Below are positions 15,216 to 24,701 of a stretch of DNA of 59,518 bases, piece by piece. The stretch is from a virus (lineage: Duplodnaviria > Caudoviricetes). The stretch lies in the IMG/VR virus record IMGVR_UViG_3300030372_001749, positions 1-59,518 of that record; one strand, written 5' to 3'. The notes beneath the pieces were generated by a model, which was given only the letters and a program-made list of their open reading frames with translations, did no database searches and had not been told where the DNA came from. The translations under genes and the position numbers were made by a program. How positions within the stretch are numbered: position 1 is the first letter of the stretch; every line of letters begins with the position of its first letter.

Positions 15216-15653
15216 ATGAAGAATGTAGAATTTAAAATGGATGTAAGCATCCCGTTAGACTCAATTGAAGAGGTATTAATTACTGCACTAGAAGGTGGTA
15301 TAAATTATTGGGGATGTCTTGATGGGGAGGATATAAGTGTATTTCAAAAATGGTTTGATGAGAAGATAGAAGCAGGAGAACTCAAGCGAGATGATAGTGT
15401 ACATTATGGATGGATGGATGCAATGTTTCAAGGGTGTCCACATAAGATAGCAGTATATGATATAGAGGATGAGGAGGATGAAGAACCTTTAGGTTATCTA
15501 TCTATGGAAAACATAGGTAAAGGATTACAGTTAGCTATGCGAGATTACCCTAAGACATATGCACAACACTTTCCCGAGTATGATAGTGGAGATGTTATAT
15601 CGGCAGATGTATTGTTTCAGTTAATGGTAATGGGAGACGTAGTATACGGATAA
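15216..15653 (+). CDS. Acidic hypothetical protein (ALEGGINYW...ADVLFQLMVMGDVVYG)
   Basis: ORF track. Confidence 0.75.
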   Translation: MKNVEFKMDVSIPLDSIEEVLITALEGGINYWGCLDGEDISVFQKWFDEKIEAGELKRDDSVHYGWMDAMFQGCPHKIAVYDIEDEEDEEPLGYLSMENIGKGLQLAMRDYPKTYAQHFPEYDSGDVISADVLFQLMVMGDVVYG

Positions 15654-15663
15654 ATATAAATCG

Positions 15664-15689
15664 GTGGGGTCTCGTCAGCGAGACTCCAC
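15664..15689 (+). repeat. Palindrome copy 8 with extended stem
   Basis: GTGGG-GTCTCG TCAG CGAGAC-TCCAC. Confidence 0.9.
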
Positions 15690-15704
15690 ATAAACTAAAA
15701 TAAA

Positions 15705-15938
15705 ATGGAAAAAAGAACAATGTTTAAAGTAATGTGGGTAAATGAGTATGGAAGTCCGGAGATGAATCAAGATGGGTTTCATACAGAAGATGAAGCTGAG
15801 GAGTATTGTAAAGATTTGTCGGAGTCTTTTAAAGACCAAGAATACTACGTAACCGAGTATACTCACAGACCTACAAGAAGATATGATGCAGGAATATCGG
15901 GAGGAGTAGATGGATGGGAAGATATGTTTAATTATTAA
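15705..15938 (+). CDS. Hypothetical early protein
   Basis: ORF track. Confidence 0.65.
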   Translation: MEKRTMFKVMWVNEYGSPEMNQDGFHTEDEAEEYCKDLSESFKDQEYYVTEYTHRPTRRYDAGISGGVDGWEDMFNY

Positions 15939-15949
15939 AATAAAATAAA

Positions 15950-16240
15950 ATGGAAGGAGAAATTAAAATGACTGTTATGACAGACAGAATTAAAACAAAA
16001 GAGTTTTTAATAAAGTGGATTGGAAATACATTGTGTGAAAATAATATACCACCCTACTATGCGTCAGCAAAATTAGAGGAGGTGTTTGGTATAAAAATAC
16101 ACACACATATATCAAACTTCATTGAGTTTGCTAAAGATAATAACCTTGATGATATAGATATTTCAACTACCCTAGCCCACGATGTTAGTGGAGCATTAAA
16201 CAATGATAAACTAATGATACCAAGAGTTGGAGGATATTAA
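15950..16240 (+). CDS. Hypothetical early protein
   Basis: ORF track. Confidence 0.65.
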   Translation: MEGEIKMTVMTDRIKTKEFLIKWIGNTLCENNIPPYYASAKLEEVFGIKIHTHISNFIEFAKDNNLDDIDISTTLAHDVSGALNNDKLMIPRVGGY

Positions 16241-16259
16241 TTAAATAAAATAAAATAAA

Positions 16260-16583
16260 ATGAAAGAGAAAGTATTAGAACACCAAGGAATTACAATCTT
16301 AACCTACTGGAACTCAGAAAATTTTGACATAGAGGTAGGTGAGGAGACATCAGTAGATGGATATAGTATATACTATATGCGATATAAAGATGAGCCACTC
16401 AATATACAAGAACATATATTCTATGATGAGTATGGTTTAACTGAGGCATTGCAAGAAAAAATACAAGATGAGACAGACATAACATTTATGGTATGGGATG
16501 ACGAATTGCTAGAGGATATAGATTGGGATGAGATAGCCTCAAACCTAGGTATAGATGATGATGAACCGTTCTTAAAGATGTAA
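16260..16583 (+). CDS. Highly acidic protein (possible DNA mimic)
   Basis: D/E-rich, 107 aa; mimic role is inference only. Confidence 0.65.
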   Translation: MKEKVLEHQGITILTYWNSENFDIEVGEETSVDGYSIYYMRYKDEPLNIQEHIFYDEYGLTEALQEKIQDETDITFMVWDDELLEDIDWDEIASNLGIDDDEPFLKM

Positions 16584-16585
16584 TA

Positions 16586-16616
16586 GTCTCGTTGACGAGA
16601 CCTAATATAAATAAAA
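16586..16616 (+). repeat. Palindrome copy 9
   Basis: Identical to 13850-13880. Confidence 0.9.
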
Positions 16617-16618
16617 TT

Positions 16619-16861
16619 ATGAAAACAGACACAGACATAACACAGGTAACAAGATTTATGTACTTCGCATACAACTTTCCAATAGGTTGGATGGAAAAGG
16701 TATGGGCAGATGATGAACATTTACTTAACCACTTTCAAGATAAGTGGGCAGGAGGTACAGCAAAATGTGGTACATATAGATTCTTTGATTTCTATATGAA
16801 CCTAGATGCACAAAATAAAGATAAGTTAGTACATTGGATTGACAATAATTATAAACCATAA
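16619..16861 (+). CDS. Hypothetical early protein
   Basis: Start moved to MKTDT. Confidence 0.65.
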   Translation: MKTDTDITQVTRFMYFAYNFPIGWMEKVWADDEHLLNHFQDKWAGGTAKCGTYRFFDFYMNLDAQNKDKLVHWIDNNYKP

Positions 16862-16872
16862 AATAAATAAAT

Positions 16873-17100
16873 ATGACAGTAGCAGAAAGTAGAGACAGAT
16901 TAAGAGATAGATATATCGATTGGTATATGACAATTCATAACCTACCAACCAATGAAGACGCAACGTACACTTGGTGGGAAATGGAGAAAGATTGTTATGA
17001 GTGGTGCGATAAAGAAAGAACATATGTACCAATGAGTGAAACCAAAACTCTAATGATTATGAGACAGTGGTTTAGAAGACAGAAAAATTTATATAAATAA
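16873..17100 (+). CDS. Hypothetical early protein
   Basis: ORF track. Confidence 0.6.
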   Translation: MTVAESRDRLRDRYIDWYMTIHNLPTNEDATYTWWEMEKDCYEWCDKERTYVPMSETKTLMIMRQWFRRQKNLYK

Positions 17101-17108
17101 TAAAACAA

Positions 17109-17297
17109 ATGGAAGATAAAAATGAACGTAATGGTGTAGTATATCCTTTTGAGGAAGGAAATGACTACTGGACTATAGAAGATGGTGAGGTAATATGGTC
17201 TTGTTGGGATGATGGAAGTGAGGAAATGCACGATAAAAATCCAAACAAAAAATATTTTAGGACAAAAGAATCTGCTATTAATTATTTAAAACAATAG
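17109..17297 (+). CDS. Hypothetical early protein
   Basis: YPFEEGNDYWTI...YFRTKESA. Confidence 0.65.
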   Translation: MEDKNERNGVVYPFEEGNDYWTIEDGEVIWSCWDDGSEEMHDKNPNKKYFRTKESAINYLKQ

Positions 17298-17302
17298 AAC
17301 AA

Positions 17303-17470
17303 ATGGAAACAACAACGATTAAAATAACTAGACAGGAGTTAATTATTATTCAAGACCTAGTATCAAAGGAAAGGTTTAAGTTGATGGCTTTAGATGTCAA
17401 CGATGAGTTAGATATAGTTAAAGATTTAAGTTTAAGATTATATAAAAAAGTTAAACAAAAGTTTGAATAG
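17303..17470 (+). CDS. 55-aa hypothetical (METTTIKITRQELIII...)
   Basis: Read manually; TAGAACAAATG start context. Confidence 0.55.
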   Translation: METTTIKITRQELIIIQDLVSKERFKLMALDVNDELDIVKDLSLRLYKKVKQKFE

Positions 17471-17492
17471 AAATAATAAAGTATTATTTTTG
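17462..17492 (+). promoter_or_regulatory. Promoter of replication operon, TTTG-N19-TATTTTTG
   Basis: Consensus match. Confidence 0.65.
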
Positions 17493-17517
17493 ATAAACAT
17501 AAAAACAAATAGAACAA

Positions 17518-17811
17518 ATGAAGAAAGAAGCATTCAATAATTATGCTGAGGCAATAGCACAGCAGTTTCATTTAAGCTTAGATAGTTTATTTGAAAAGAC
17601 AAAGAAGCGTGAGATAACAGACGCAAGACAACTGTTATACTATCTGTGTATGGAGAGACCAATTAGGATAAGTTATATCCAAAGATTCTTAGAGGATAAC
17701 GGGTACTCGGTGGCTCACAGTACAATCATTCATGGCTACAAGAAAGCTAAGGAGTTGATTGATAGCGACCAGGATTTTAAAGATATAGTCAAGAAGATTC
17801 AAGATGTATAG
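17518..17811 (+). CDS. DnaA C-terminal (domain IV)-like HTH protein
   Basis: KTKKREITDARQLLYYL...HSTIIHGYKK. Confidence 0.75.
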   Translation: MKKEAFNNYAEAIAQQFHLSLDSLFEKTKKREITDARQLLYYLCMERPIRISYIQRFLEDNGYSVAHSTIIHGYKKAKELIDSDQDFKDIVKKIQDV

Positions 17812-18220
17812 TAAGGAGGATATATTTAATCAAATCAAATCCGATGCCTCTGCAATAAAAAGTCCAATGCCTCATGGTGAGGGTTATATAAACCTAGGAA
17901 TAAAGGTGCAGAAGTTTGGGGATACCATAGAGATTATAAACTTAGCTAGAAGTGGTACATACTACGTACCTTGTACTACGTATGAAGAGACATACTTTTT
18001 TAATTATGGGTACAAAGAGGGTGCAGTGAGGTTATGTATAGCTAACACCAAGCGAAAGCTAAAAACGGTAGAAGATAAGATAAGGGGGGAGGTGACAACC
18101 CGTAGGAACAACAAGCATATTATGTCACTGAAAGCAAGACGAGAAGGACTGCTTAATAAATATGCAGAACGTAAATTACAATTAAATAAAATCACAAATG
18201 ACAAAGAAAGAAATAATTAA
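17804..18220 (+). CDS. Hypothetical protein
   Basis: ORF track; overlaps neighbours. Confidence 0.65.
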   Translation: MYSKEDIFNQIKSDASAIKSPMPHGEGYINLGIKVQKFGDTIEIINLARSGTYYVPCTTYEETYFFNYGYKEGAVRLCIANTKRKLKTVEDKIRGEVTTRRNNKHIMSLKARREGLLNKYAERKLQLNKITNDKERNN

Positions 18221-18491
18221 ATTTCTAGAAGACAATTCAAAGGAATTATTTTTAGAGACCTTAAGGAATAAGGTTGACTCAAAAGCACACAAAGATAATT
18301 TAATAAGGTGGGCAACTGCTCATAAGATATTAAAGAAAGTCAATCCCGATTTTGATGAAAACATAGAGTGGGCAGAACTAGAATATAAGCACACAAAAAA
18401 AGTTAAAGAGTTTTTTAAAACTAAAGAGTCTCGACCTTATTTTTGGAAAGGATTATTTGAAGGAAAATTACCTACACATATAATTAAATAA
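18198..18491 (+). CDS. Hypothetical protein
   Basis: ORF track. Confidence 0.6.
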   Translation: MTKKEIIKFLEDNSKELFLETLRNKVDSKAHKDNLIRWATAHKILKKVNPDFDENIEWAELEYKHTKKVKEFFKTKESRPYFWKGLFEGKLPTHIIK

Positions 18492-18509
18492 TAAATAAAA
18501 TAAAATCAA

Positions 18510-19112
18510 ATGGAAAAGAAAAATGTATTTAAAGAACTATCCTCGATAGATGTATCATCGAAGATAGAAAAGAAAGGTCAACTAGATTACATCAGTTGGG
18601 CAAACAGTTGGGCGATGTTAAAGAATAAATATCCTAATGCCCAACGTATGGTGTATGAGTCAGAACATACCGGACTAAACTACCATACCGATGGTAACAC
18701 TGCGTATGTAAAGGTTGGTATCAAGGTGGGAGATATAGAACATATAGACTACCTACCCGTTATGAACTTCCGTAACCAATCTATCCCCGTAGATAAGATT
18801 ACAAGTATGGATGTGAACACTGCAATACAACGTAGTACTACCAAGGCTATAGCTATGCATGGCTTAGGATTAAGTCTATGGATTGGTGAGGACACTAAGG
18901 TATCTACCCCATCTGCACCAGTAAGTAAGACACCTATACCATCTAAAGATGCAGTAATAGAACTGAAGATTGGGGATAATAATTGGGAGAAGGTACTTAA
19001 GTATATAGCATCTAATAAAGATATTGGTCTATCTAAAATCGTTAAGAACCTAGAGACTAAGTATAAGATAAAGCCTTTAGTAAAGAAAGAACTCTCTAAA
19101 CATATCAAGTAA
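18510..19112 (+). CDS. Sak3/DUF1071-like single-strand annealing protein
   Basis: IEKKGQLDYISWANSW...YLPVMNFRN...IQRSTTKAIAMHGLGLSLW. Confidence 0.85.
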   Translation: MEKKNVFKELSSIDVSSKIEKKGQLDYISWANSWAMLKNKYPNAQRMVYESEHTGLNYHTDGNTAYVKVGIKVGDIEHIDYLPVMNFRNQSIPVDKITSMDVNTAIQRSTTKAIAMHGLGLSLWIGEDTKVSTPSAPVSKTPIPSKDAVIELKIGDNNWEKVLKYIASNKDIGLSKIVKNLETKYKIKPLVKKELSKHIK

Positions 19113-19846
19113 TGGAAGCATTAAAGTTATTGAAGGATGACTCCCATTATTATGGAGAGTTAGGGAGACAGTATTTATCTAACTCAGATATTATTACACT
19201 ACTGAATGACCCTAAGAATTTCAGAGAAGAGAAACTAATGAGCAAGGCAATGCTCATTGGTAGATACTTCCATACTGCTATGCTTGAACCACACAAGATT
19301 GAGAGTGAAGAGTTTGTAAGTATAGATGCATCGAGTCGTAACACTAAACTTTATAAGGAAGGATTACAGTATTACAATAGAGACTTAATGATGCTTAACA
19401 AAGAGAAGCAGGATATAGACAAGGCAATACAGACGATGCAGTCTAACCTAGAGTTTCATGATGCTATCTATGAGGATGGTAATGAGTTTGAGGTACCGGC
19501 AATAAAAGAGTTGTTTGGTATAGCGTGGAAAGGTAAGGCAGATATTATCACTAAGGATATAATCATAGACCTAAAGACCACAAGTAATATAAAAGACTTT
19601 AGGTACTCAGCTAAGAAGTATAACTACGATAGCCAAGCGTGGCTATACAATCAGTTGTTTGGCAAGTCATTAGTATTCTATGCTATAGATAAGACAACGT
19701 TTGAGTTAGGAATTTTTGAACCGAGTGAAACATTTTTAGAGTATGGAAAAAATAAAGTTGAAAGAGCACTGGAGATATACAATAAGTTTTATGGTGACAG
19801 TGCTACGGAGAATGTCGAGAACTATATCATTAAAGAAATTCTTTAA
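19112..19846 (+). CDS. RecE/ExoVIII-like PD-(D/E)XK exonuclease
   Basis: LSNSDI, GRYFHTAMLEP, KGKADI...IIDLKTT, YDSQAWLY; adjacent to the annealase. Confidence 0.85.
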   Translation: MEALKLLKDDSHYYGELGRQYLSNSDIITLLNDPKNFREEKLMSKAMLIGRYFHTAMLEPHKIESEEFVSIDASSRNTKLYKEGLQYYNRDLMMLNKEKQDIDKAIQTMQSNLEFHDAIYEDGNEFEVPAIKELFGIAWKGKADIITKDIIIDLKTTSNIKDFRYSAKKYNYDSQAWLYNQLFGKSLVFYAIDKTTFELGIFEPSETFLEYGKNKVERALEIYNKFYGDSATENVENYIIKEIL

Positions 19847-19865
19847 GAGACAAAGAGAAGGGGTT

Positions 19866-19967
19866 ATGTTTTTGGAAATTCCAACACAAATCACAACCCA
19901 AGCTGAACGTGATAGATTCATGGAGGCAACAATGGAAAAGTTGGAAAGAATAATTTATAAAAAATAA
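19866..19967 (+). CDS. Possible 33-aa protein
   Basis: 3' part of ORF-track 19743..19967. Confidence 0.35.
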   Translation: MFLEIPTQITTQAERDRFMEATMEKLERIIYKK

Positions 19968-19975
19968 TTTTTATT

Positions 19976-20236
19976 ATGGCAGAAGAAAAAATCTATGTCG
20001 GAAATGGTGTGTCAAAATTTGACGGACAGATGGTAAGTATGAGTGTATGTCTTAGTGACCTACCAAAGGAACACATGTTTGAGTACAACGGTAAGCGTTA
20101 CATCAAACTAAATGTGTCTGCAAAGAGAGACGGTGCAGATGATTATGGTAAGACTCACTATGTTACTGTCGATACTTTTAAACCGGAACCAAAGAAAGAA
20201 GAGCCTAAACAACAAGAGGCTGACCTACCTTTCTAA
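19976..20236 (+). CDS. Putative ssDNA-binding protein
   Basis: Beta-rich with acidic ...EADLPF tail; follows the recombination genes. Confidence 0.65.
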   Translation: MAEEKIYVGNGVSKFDGQMVSMSVCLSDLPKEHMFEYNGKRYIKLNVSAKRDGADDYGKTHYVTVDTFKPEPKKEEPKQQEADLPF

Positions 20237-20250
20237 TTATGTAAACACCG

Positions 20251-20285
20251 AGAGAAAGGGTCTCGTTGACGAGACCTTTTCTTTT
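20251..20285 (+). terminator. Palindrome copy 10 built into a terminator-like hairpin
   Basis: AGAGAAAGG-GTCTCG TTGA CGAGAC-CTTTTCTTTT. Confidence 0.7.
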
Positions 20286-20289
20286 GCTT

Positions 20290-20452
20290 ACCTTATGTTG
20301 ATATGTCGATTTCAAATGATTCTTATATAGCTTATATATTTTTCTTATTTATATATATATTTTTATTTATTTATTTATTTATTTATTAACATATTAACAT
20401 AAAGAATATAGAAGTACTATAAATACTAGAAAGTAAGTAACATAAAATCAAC
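20290..20452. other. AT-rich origin-like region B with TYRACAT iterons
   Basis: ATGTTGATATGTCGA, then (TTTA)n, then TTAACATATTAACATAAA; upstream of the primase. Confidence 0.55.
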
Positions 20453-20803
20453 ATGAAACATAACAGTGATTTTAAATATGACCTTGAGGTTGGTAGAGTA
20501 GCAGAAAGAATACTAGAAAAATTGTTAGAGAATAAAACAATTGAAGTAAAAAGAGACCTACAGGCTATTAATACAGGTAACATATATGTGGAGTATGAGA
20601 GTAGAGATAAACCAAGTGGCTTAGCCCATACTAAGGCAGACTATTACTGCTACTTTATTACAGACGGTAGAATGTTTTTAATAGAGACAGAAGAACTAAA
20701 AGAACTTTGCAGAAAATATATCGGAACAGACAGAGATAGGAGAGGTGGGGATTCAGATACAAGTAAAGGAATATTATTACCCTTAACAGACTTAATTAAA
20801 TAA
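20453..20803 (+). CDS. PD-(D/E)XK nuclease-like protein
   Basis: IEVKRD...TGNIYVEYESRDKPSG...TKADYY. Confidence 0.7.
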   Translation: MKHNSDFKYDLEVGRVAERILEKLLENKTIEVKRDLQAINTGNIYVEYESRDKPSGLAHTKADYYCYFITDGRMFLIETEELKELCRKYIGTDRDRRGGDSDTSKGILLPLTDLIK

Positions 20804-20804
20804 A

Positions 20805-23219
20805 ATGGAAGTAACAATTTTTAAAGACATCAAGGATACATCTCAACCATTCTACAGAGATGTACAAAAGATAATAGAAAGAATAAGAGACGGTGCATCA
20901 AAAGATATCGTCAAAGAAATCAGAGATGAATCCGATAAACAAAAACGAAACGACATTAAACAACAGCTACCCGCTATATGTTTTAGTGGTAAGTTTTCAA
21001 AGCGAAATGATTCATCCCTACTGGAGCATAGTGGTCTAATATGTTTAGACTTCGATGGCTATGAATCCGATAAGCTATTACTAGAGGAGAAAGAAAGCTT
21101 AACTAAGGATAGGTATACCTACTCTGTATTTATATCACCTAGTGGTATGGGACTAAAGGTATTAGTAAAGATACCTGCTGAGGTAGATAACCATAAGAAA
21201 TTTTTTACATCCTTGGAGAAACATTTTAACTCTCCATACTTTGATAAGACATGTAAGAATGTATCAAGGGTATGCTATGAGTCTTATGACCCACTGATAT
21301 ATATCAATGAGCAGTCTAGTGTATTCAATACTATTATTGAGCAGGAGTATCAAGAGGTTATTAGACATAAGGATAAACAGACTATACCAATTACAGATGA
21401 GAAGAAGATTGTAGAGATACTAATGAAGTGGTGGGAGAGGAAGTATGGATTTAAAAGTGGTGAGAGAAATAATAATATATTTATACTAGCATCAGCATTC
21501 AATGACTTTGGTGTAACACAGACCGTAGCAAGTTATGTTATGAATACATTTGTATCTGATGACTTTACCGAAGCAGAATTAAAACGTACGATTAACTCTG
21601 CCTATGCACAGACACAGAACTTTGGTACGAAATACTATGAGGATGAGGAGTTGGTGGCTACCGTTAAACAAAAGATACGTAGAGGTTTATCTAAGAAGGA
21701 AATAAAGAATACTATAGAAGAAAAGAACACAGATGTAGATGATGTAGTTATAGATAATGTACTTCGTAGACTAGAGGAGGAGCAAGACGAAGAAAGGTTT
21801 TGGACAAAGAGTGAAAAGGGTGTGGTAAAGATAGTACATATATCATTTAAGAACTTCTTAGAAGACCATGGTTTCTATAAGTTTAGTCCCGAAGGTAGTA
21901 ACAACTACGTGTTTGTTAAGGTTACTAACAACCTTATCGAACACGCATCAGAGAAACAGATAAAAGATTTTGTACTTAACTTCTTATTAGATGTAGACGA
22001 TACCTCTATCTATAATTACTTTGCAGAGTGTACCCGATATTTTAGGGAAGAGTTTCTTACATTACTATCTTCATTAAAGGTATTCTTTATTGAGGACACC
22101 AAAGATACAGCATACCTTTACTATAGTAACTGTGCTGTAAAGATTACTAAGGATGACATTGTACCCATAGACTACCTAGATTTAAATGGGTATGTATGGA
22201 AGGACCACGTTATCAATAGGGTGTTTGATATATGTGAGGTTACCAACTGCGACTACCAGGTATTCATAAATAATATTGCAGGGGAGAGTGATGCACGTAC
22301 AAGGTCTATGGAATCTACCATTGGTTTCTTATTACATGGTTGGAAGAACCTATCCTACTGCCCGGCTACTATCTTAAACGATGAGGTTATATCAGACAAC
22401 CCGGAGGGTGGTACGGGTAAAGGATTATTTATGACAGGGCTAGGACACATGAAGAAGCTTGTAGTAATTGATGGTAAGAGTTTTAATTTTGAGAAGTCTT
22501 TTGCCTATCAGTTAGTGTCGGCAGATACACAGATACTATGCTTTGATGATGTACATAAGAACTTTAACTTTGAAAAGCTATTCAGTGTAGTAACAGAGGG
22601 GTTGACACTAGAAAAGAAAAACAAGGATGCTATCAAGATACCATTCGCTAAGTCACCTAAGGTTGCTATCACCACCAACTATGCTATACGTGGTAAGGGT
22701 AACTCCTTTGCTAGAAGGAAGTGGGACCTAGAGTTAAATCAATTTTATAACAAAGAGTTTACACCATTAGTTGAATTTGGTAAGCTGATGTTTGGTGAGT
22801 GGAACGATAACGACTGGTGTCAGTTTGATAACTACATGATACAATGTCTACAGTTATATCTTGAGCATGGGTTACTGAAGAGTGAGTTTATAAACCTTAA
22901 GACTAGAACGTTAGTTGCCGATACCTCTCATGCATTTATCGAGTGGTGTGGTATACTAGATACTAAACCTCACCCTAAATTATTAAAGAACAAGAGGATA
23001 TATAAGAATGATTTATATGTAGACTTTACGGATGAGTATCCCGACTACGCACAGCGTGGTGCCTCGGCTGTAAGTAGAAATAAATTTGGTAAGTGGTTGA
23101 TGTCTTATGCAGAATATAAGTATGGATGTCAAGCATTAGAGGGTAGAGATATGATGGGTAGATGGATTGAGTTTGTAACGAAATCATATTATGAAAAGCA
23201 AAAAGATATAAATATATGA
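20805..23219 (+). CDS. Primase-helicase (BT4734/VirE-N-like AEP, PriCT, SF3-type helicase)
   Basis: SGLICLDFD, FISPSGMGLK, GERNNN, Walker A GGTGKG, Walker B LCFDD, ITTN. Confidence 0.85.
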   Translation: MEVTIFKDIKDTSQPFYRDVQKIIERIRDGASKDIVKEIRDESDKQKRNDIKQQLPAICFSGKFSKRNDSSLLEHSGLICLDFDGYESDKLLLEEKESLTKDRYTYSVFISPSGMGLKVLVKIPAEVDNHKKFFTSLEKHFNSPYFDKTCKNVSRVCYESYDPLIYINEQSSVFNTIIEQEYQEVIRHKDKQTIPITDEKKIVEILMKWWERKYGFKSGERNNNIFILASAFNDFGVTQTVASYVMNTFVSDDFTEAELKRTINSAYAQTQNFGTKYYEDEELVATVKQKIRRGLSKKEIKNTIEEKNTDVDDVVIDNVLRRLEEEQDEERFWTKSEKGVVKIVHISFKNFLEDHGFYKFSPEGSNNYVFVKVTNNLIEHASEKQIKDFVLNFLLDVDDTSIYNYFAECTRYFREEFLTLLSSLKVFFIEDTKDTAYLYYSNCAVKITKDDIVPIDYLDLNGYVWKDHVINRVFDICEVTNCDYQVFINNIAGESDARTRSMESTIGFLLHGWKNLSYCPATILNDEVISDNPEGGTGKGLFMTGLGHMKKLVVIDGKSFNFEKSFAYQLVSADTQILCFDDVHKNFNFEKLFSVVTEGLTLEKKNKDAIKIPFAKSPKVAITTNYAIRGKGNSFARRKWDLELNQFYNKEFTPLVEFGKLMFGEWNDNDWCQFDNYMIQCLQLYLEHGLLKSEFINLKTRTLVADTSHAFIEWCGILDTKPHPKLLKNKRIYKNDLYVDFTDEYPDYAQRGASAVSRNKFGKWLMSYAEYKYGCQALEGRDMMGRWIEFVTKSYYEKQKDINI

Positions 23220-24481
23220 TACAGTTAAGAGACTATCAGAAGGATATAGTTAACAAGGGGTTAGATATAATAAATCGATATAGGTTTTTATATCTAGCTA
23301 TGGAGGTTAGAACAGGTAAGACATTAACAAGTTTAGGTATTGCGGATAGGATGAAAGATGTAGAGAACGTACTGTTCTTAACAAAGAAGAAAGCTATAAG
23401 CTCTATTGTGAAAGACCATGAGATGATGTGTCCTAACTCTATATCATTGTTTGTTATAAACTATGAGAGTATACACAAGGCTCCCGATATTAAATGGGAT
23501 ATGGTTATATGTGATGAGGCCCATGGTATGGGTGCGTTTCCTAAGCCAAGCGGTAGAACAAAAAAAGTTAAGGAGGTGATTAATAAAAGTAATCCTTACG
23601 TCATCTTGTTGAGTGGGACTCCAACACCGGAGTCTTATTCACAGATGTATCACCAGGTATATTTTATACCAACTAATCCTTTCACATCTTACCGTAGCTT
23701 CTATAAGTTTGCTCATGAGTATGTTAATGTAGTACAGAAAAAAATAAACGGTCTATACATTAATGATTACTCAAGAGGTAAACAAAGTATATTAGATATG
23801 ATGTCACCATTTACGATTAGCTTTACACAGAAGGATGCAGGTTTTGTTGTGGATACCACAGAGAATATATTAGAGGTTGATATCCTTGACTCTACCCATC
23901 AGATTATAAACAAACTAAAAAAAGATTTAGTTGTTGAGGGAAATGAGGAGGTTATACTAGCGGACACTGCAGTGAAACTTATGATGAAGGTACATCAGCT
24001 ATGTAGTGGAACTATAAAGTTTGAGAGTGGTAACTCTATGGTTTTAGATTTAAGTAAGGCAGAGTTTATAAAGAAACATTTTAAAGGTAAGAAGATAGGA
24101 ATCTTTTACAAGTTTAAGGAAGAGCTTAACGCAATCAAAGAAGTGTTTAATAAAGATATCTGTCAAGACCTGGAGTGTTTTAATACTACCGATAAAAACA
24201 TTGCACTACAGATTGTTAGTGGGCGTGAAGGCATATCTCTAAAAGAAGCTGACTGCTTGGTATATTATAACATAGACTTTAGTGCAACATCCTATTGGCA
24301 AAGCAGAGATAGGATGACTACTAAGGATAGGTTAAAAAATAATATCTATTGGATATTTAGTAGGGGTGGTATAGAACAAGAAATATATAAGGCAGTTATT
24401 AAAAAAAAAGACTATACCCTTAAACACTTTAAAAGAGATTTCGTACATTTGCTACATGACCGAGCAGCAGATTCAAAGTAA
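23216..24481 (+). CDS. SF2 (SNF2-like) helicase
   Basis: LRDYQ, RTGKT, DEAH, LSGTP, QSRDR. Confidence 0.88.
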   Translation: MIQLRDYQKDIVNKGLDIINRYRFLYLAMEVRTGKTLTSLGIADRMKDVENVLFLTKKKAISSIVKDHEMMCPNSISLFVINYESIHKAPDIKWDMVICDEAHGMGAFPKPSGRTKKVKEVINKSNPYVILLSGTPTPESYSQMYHQVYFIPTNPFTSYRSFYKFAHEYVNVVQKKINGLYINDYSRGKQSILDMMSPFTISFTQKDAGFVVDTTENILEVDILDSTHQIINKLKKDLVVEGNEEVILADTAVKLMMKVHQLCSGTIKFESGNSMVLDLSKAEFIKKHFKGKKIGIFYKFKEELNAIKEVFNKDICQDLECFNTTDKNIALQIVSGREGISLKEADCLVYYNIDFSATSYWQSRDRMTTKDRLKNNIYWIFSRGGIEQEIYKAVIKKKDYTLKHFKRDFVHLLHDRAADSK

Positions 24482-24701
24482 AAGAATAAAAGAATTAGAG
24501 GCCCAAGGTTATTATGTTATCAAGTTAATCAAGACCAATAAAAATGGTATACCCGACTTGCTAGCTATCCCTCCTAACTGTGAGGTGTTATTCTCAGAAA
24601 TAAAAAAAGATAATGGGAAAGTTTCCCGCTTACAAGAATATAGATTAAAAGAACTAGAAAAACATGGATGTAAAACAGAAGTATACAACGGAGTTGTTTG
24701 A
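24456..24701 (+). CDS. VRR-NUC nuclease
   Basis: EQQIQ...GIPDLL...FSEIK...LQ; TACATTTG lies 4 nt upstream. Confidence 0.82.
   Translation: MTEQQIQSKRIKELEAQGYYVIKLIKTNKNGIPDLLAIPPNCEVLFSEIKKDNGKVSRLQEYRLKELEKHGCKTEVYNGVV

Noticed and set aside
13856-16618. TTG starts giving the identical N-terminus MTRPNINK (13856, 16592)
   Set aside because: The TTG is the hairpin loop; downstream ATGs at 13892 and 16619 have proper start contexts.
10500-20285. GTCTCG palindromes as a CRISPR array
   Set aside because: Spacing is hundreds to thousands of bp with whole genes between copies; no cas genes.
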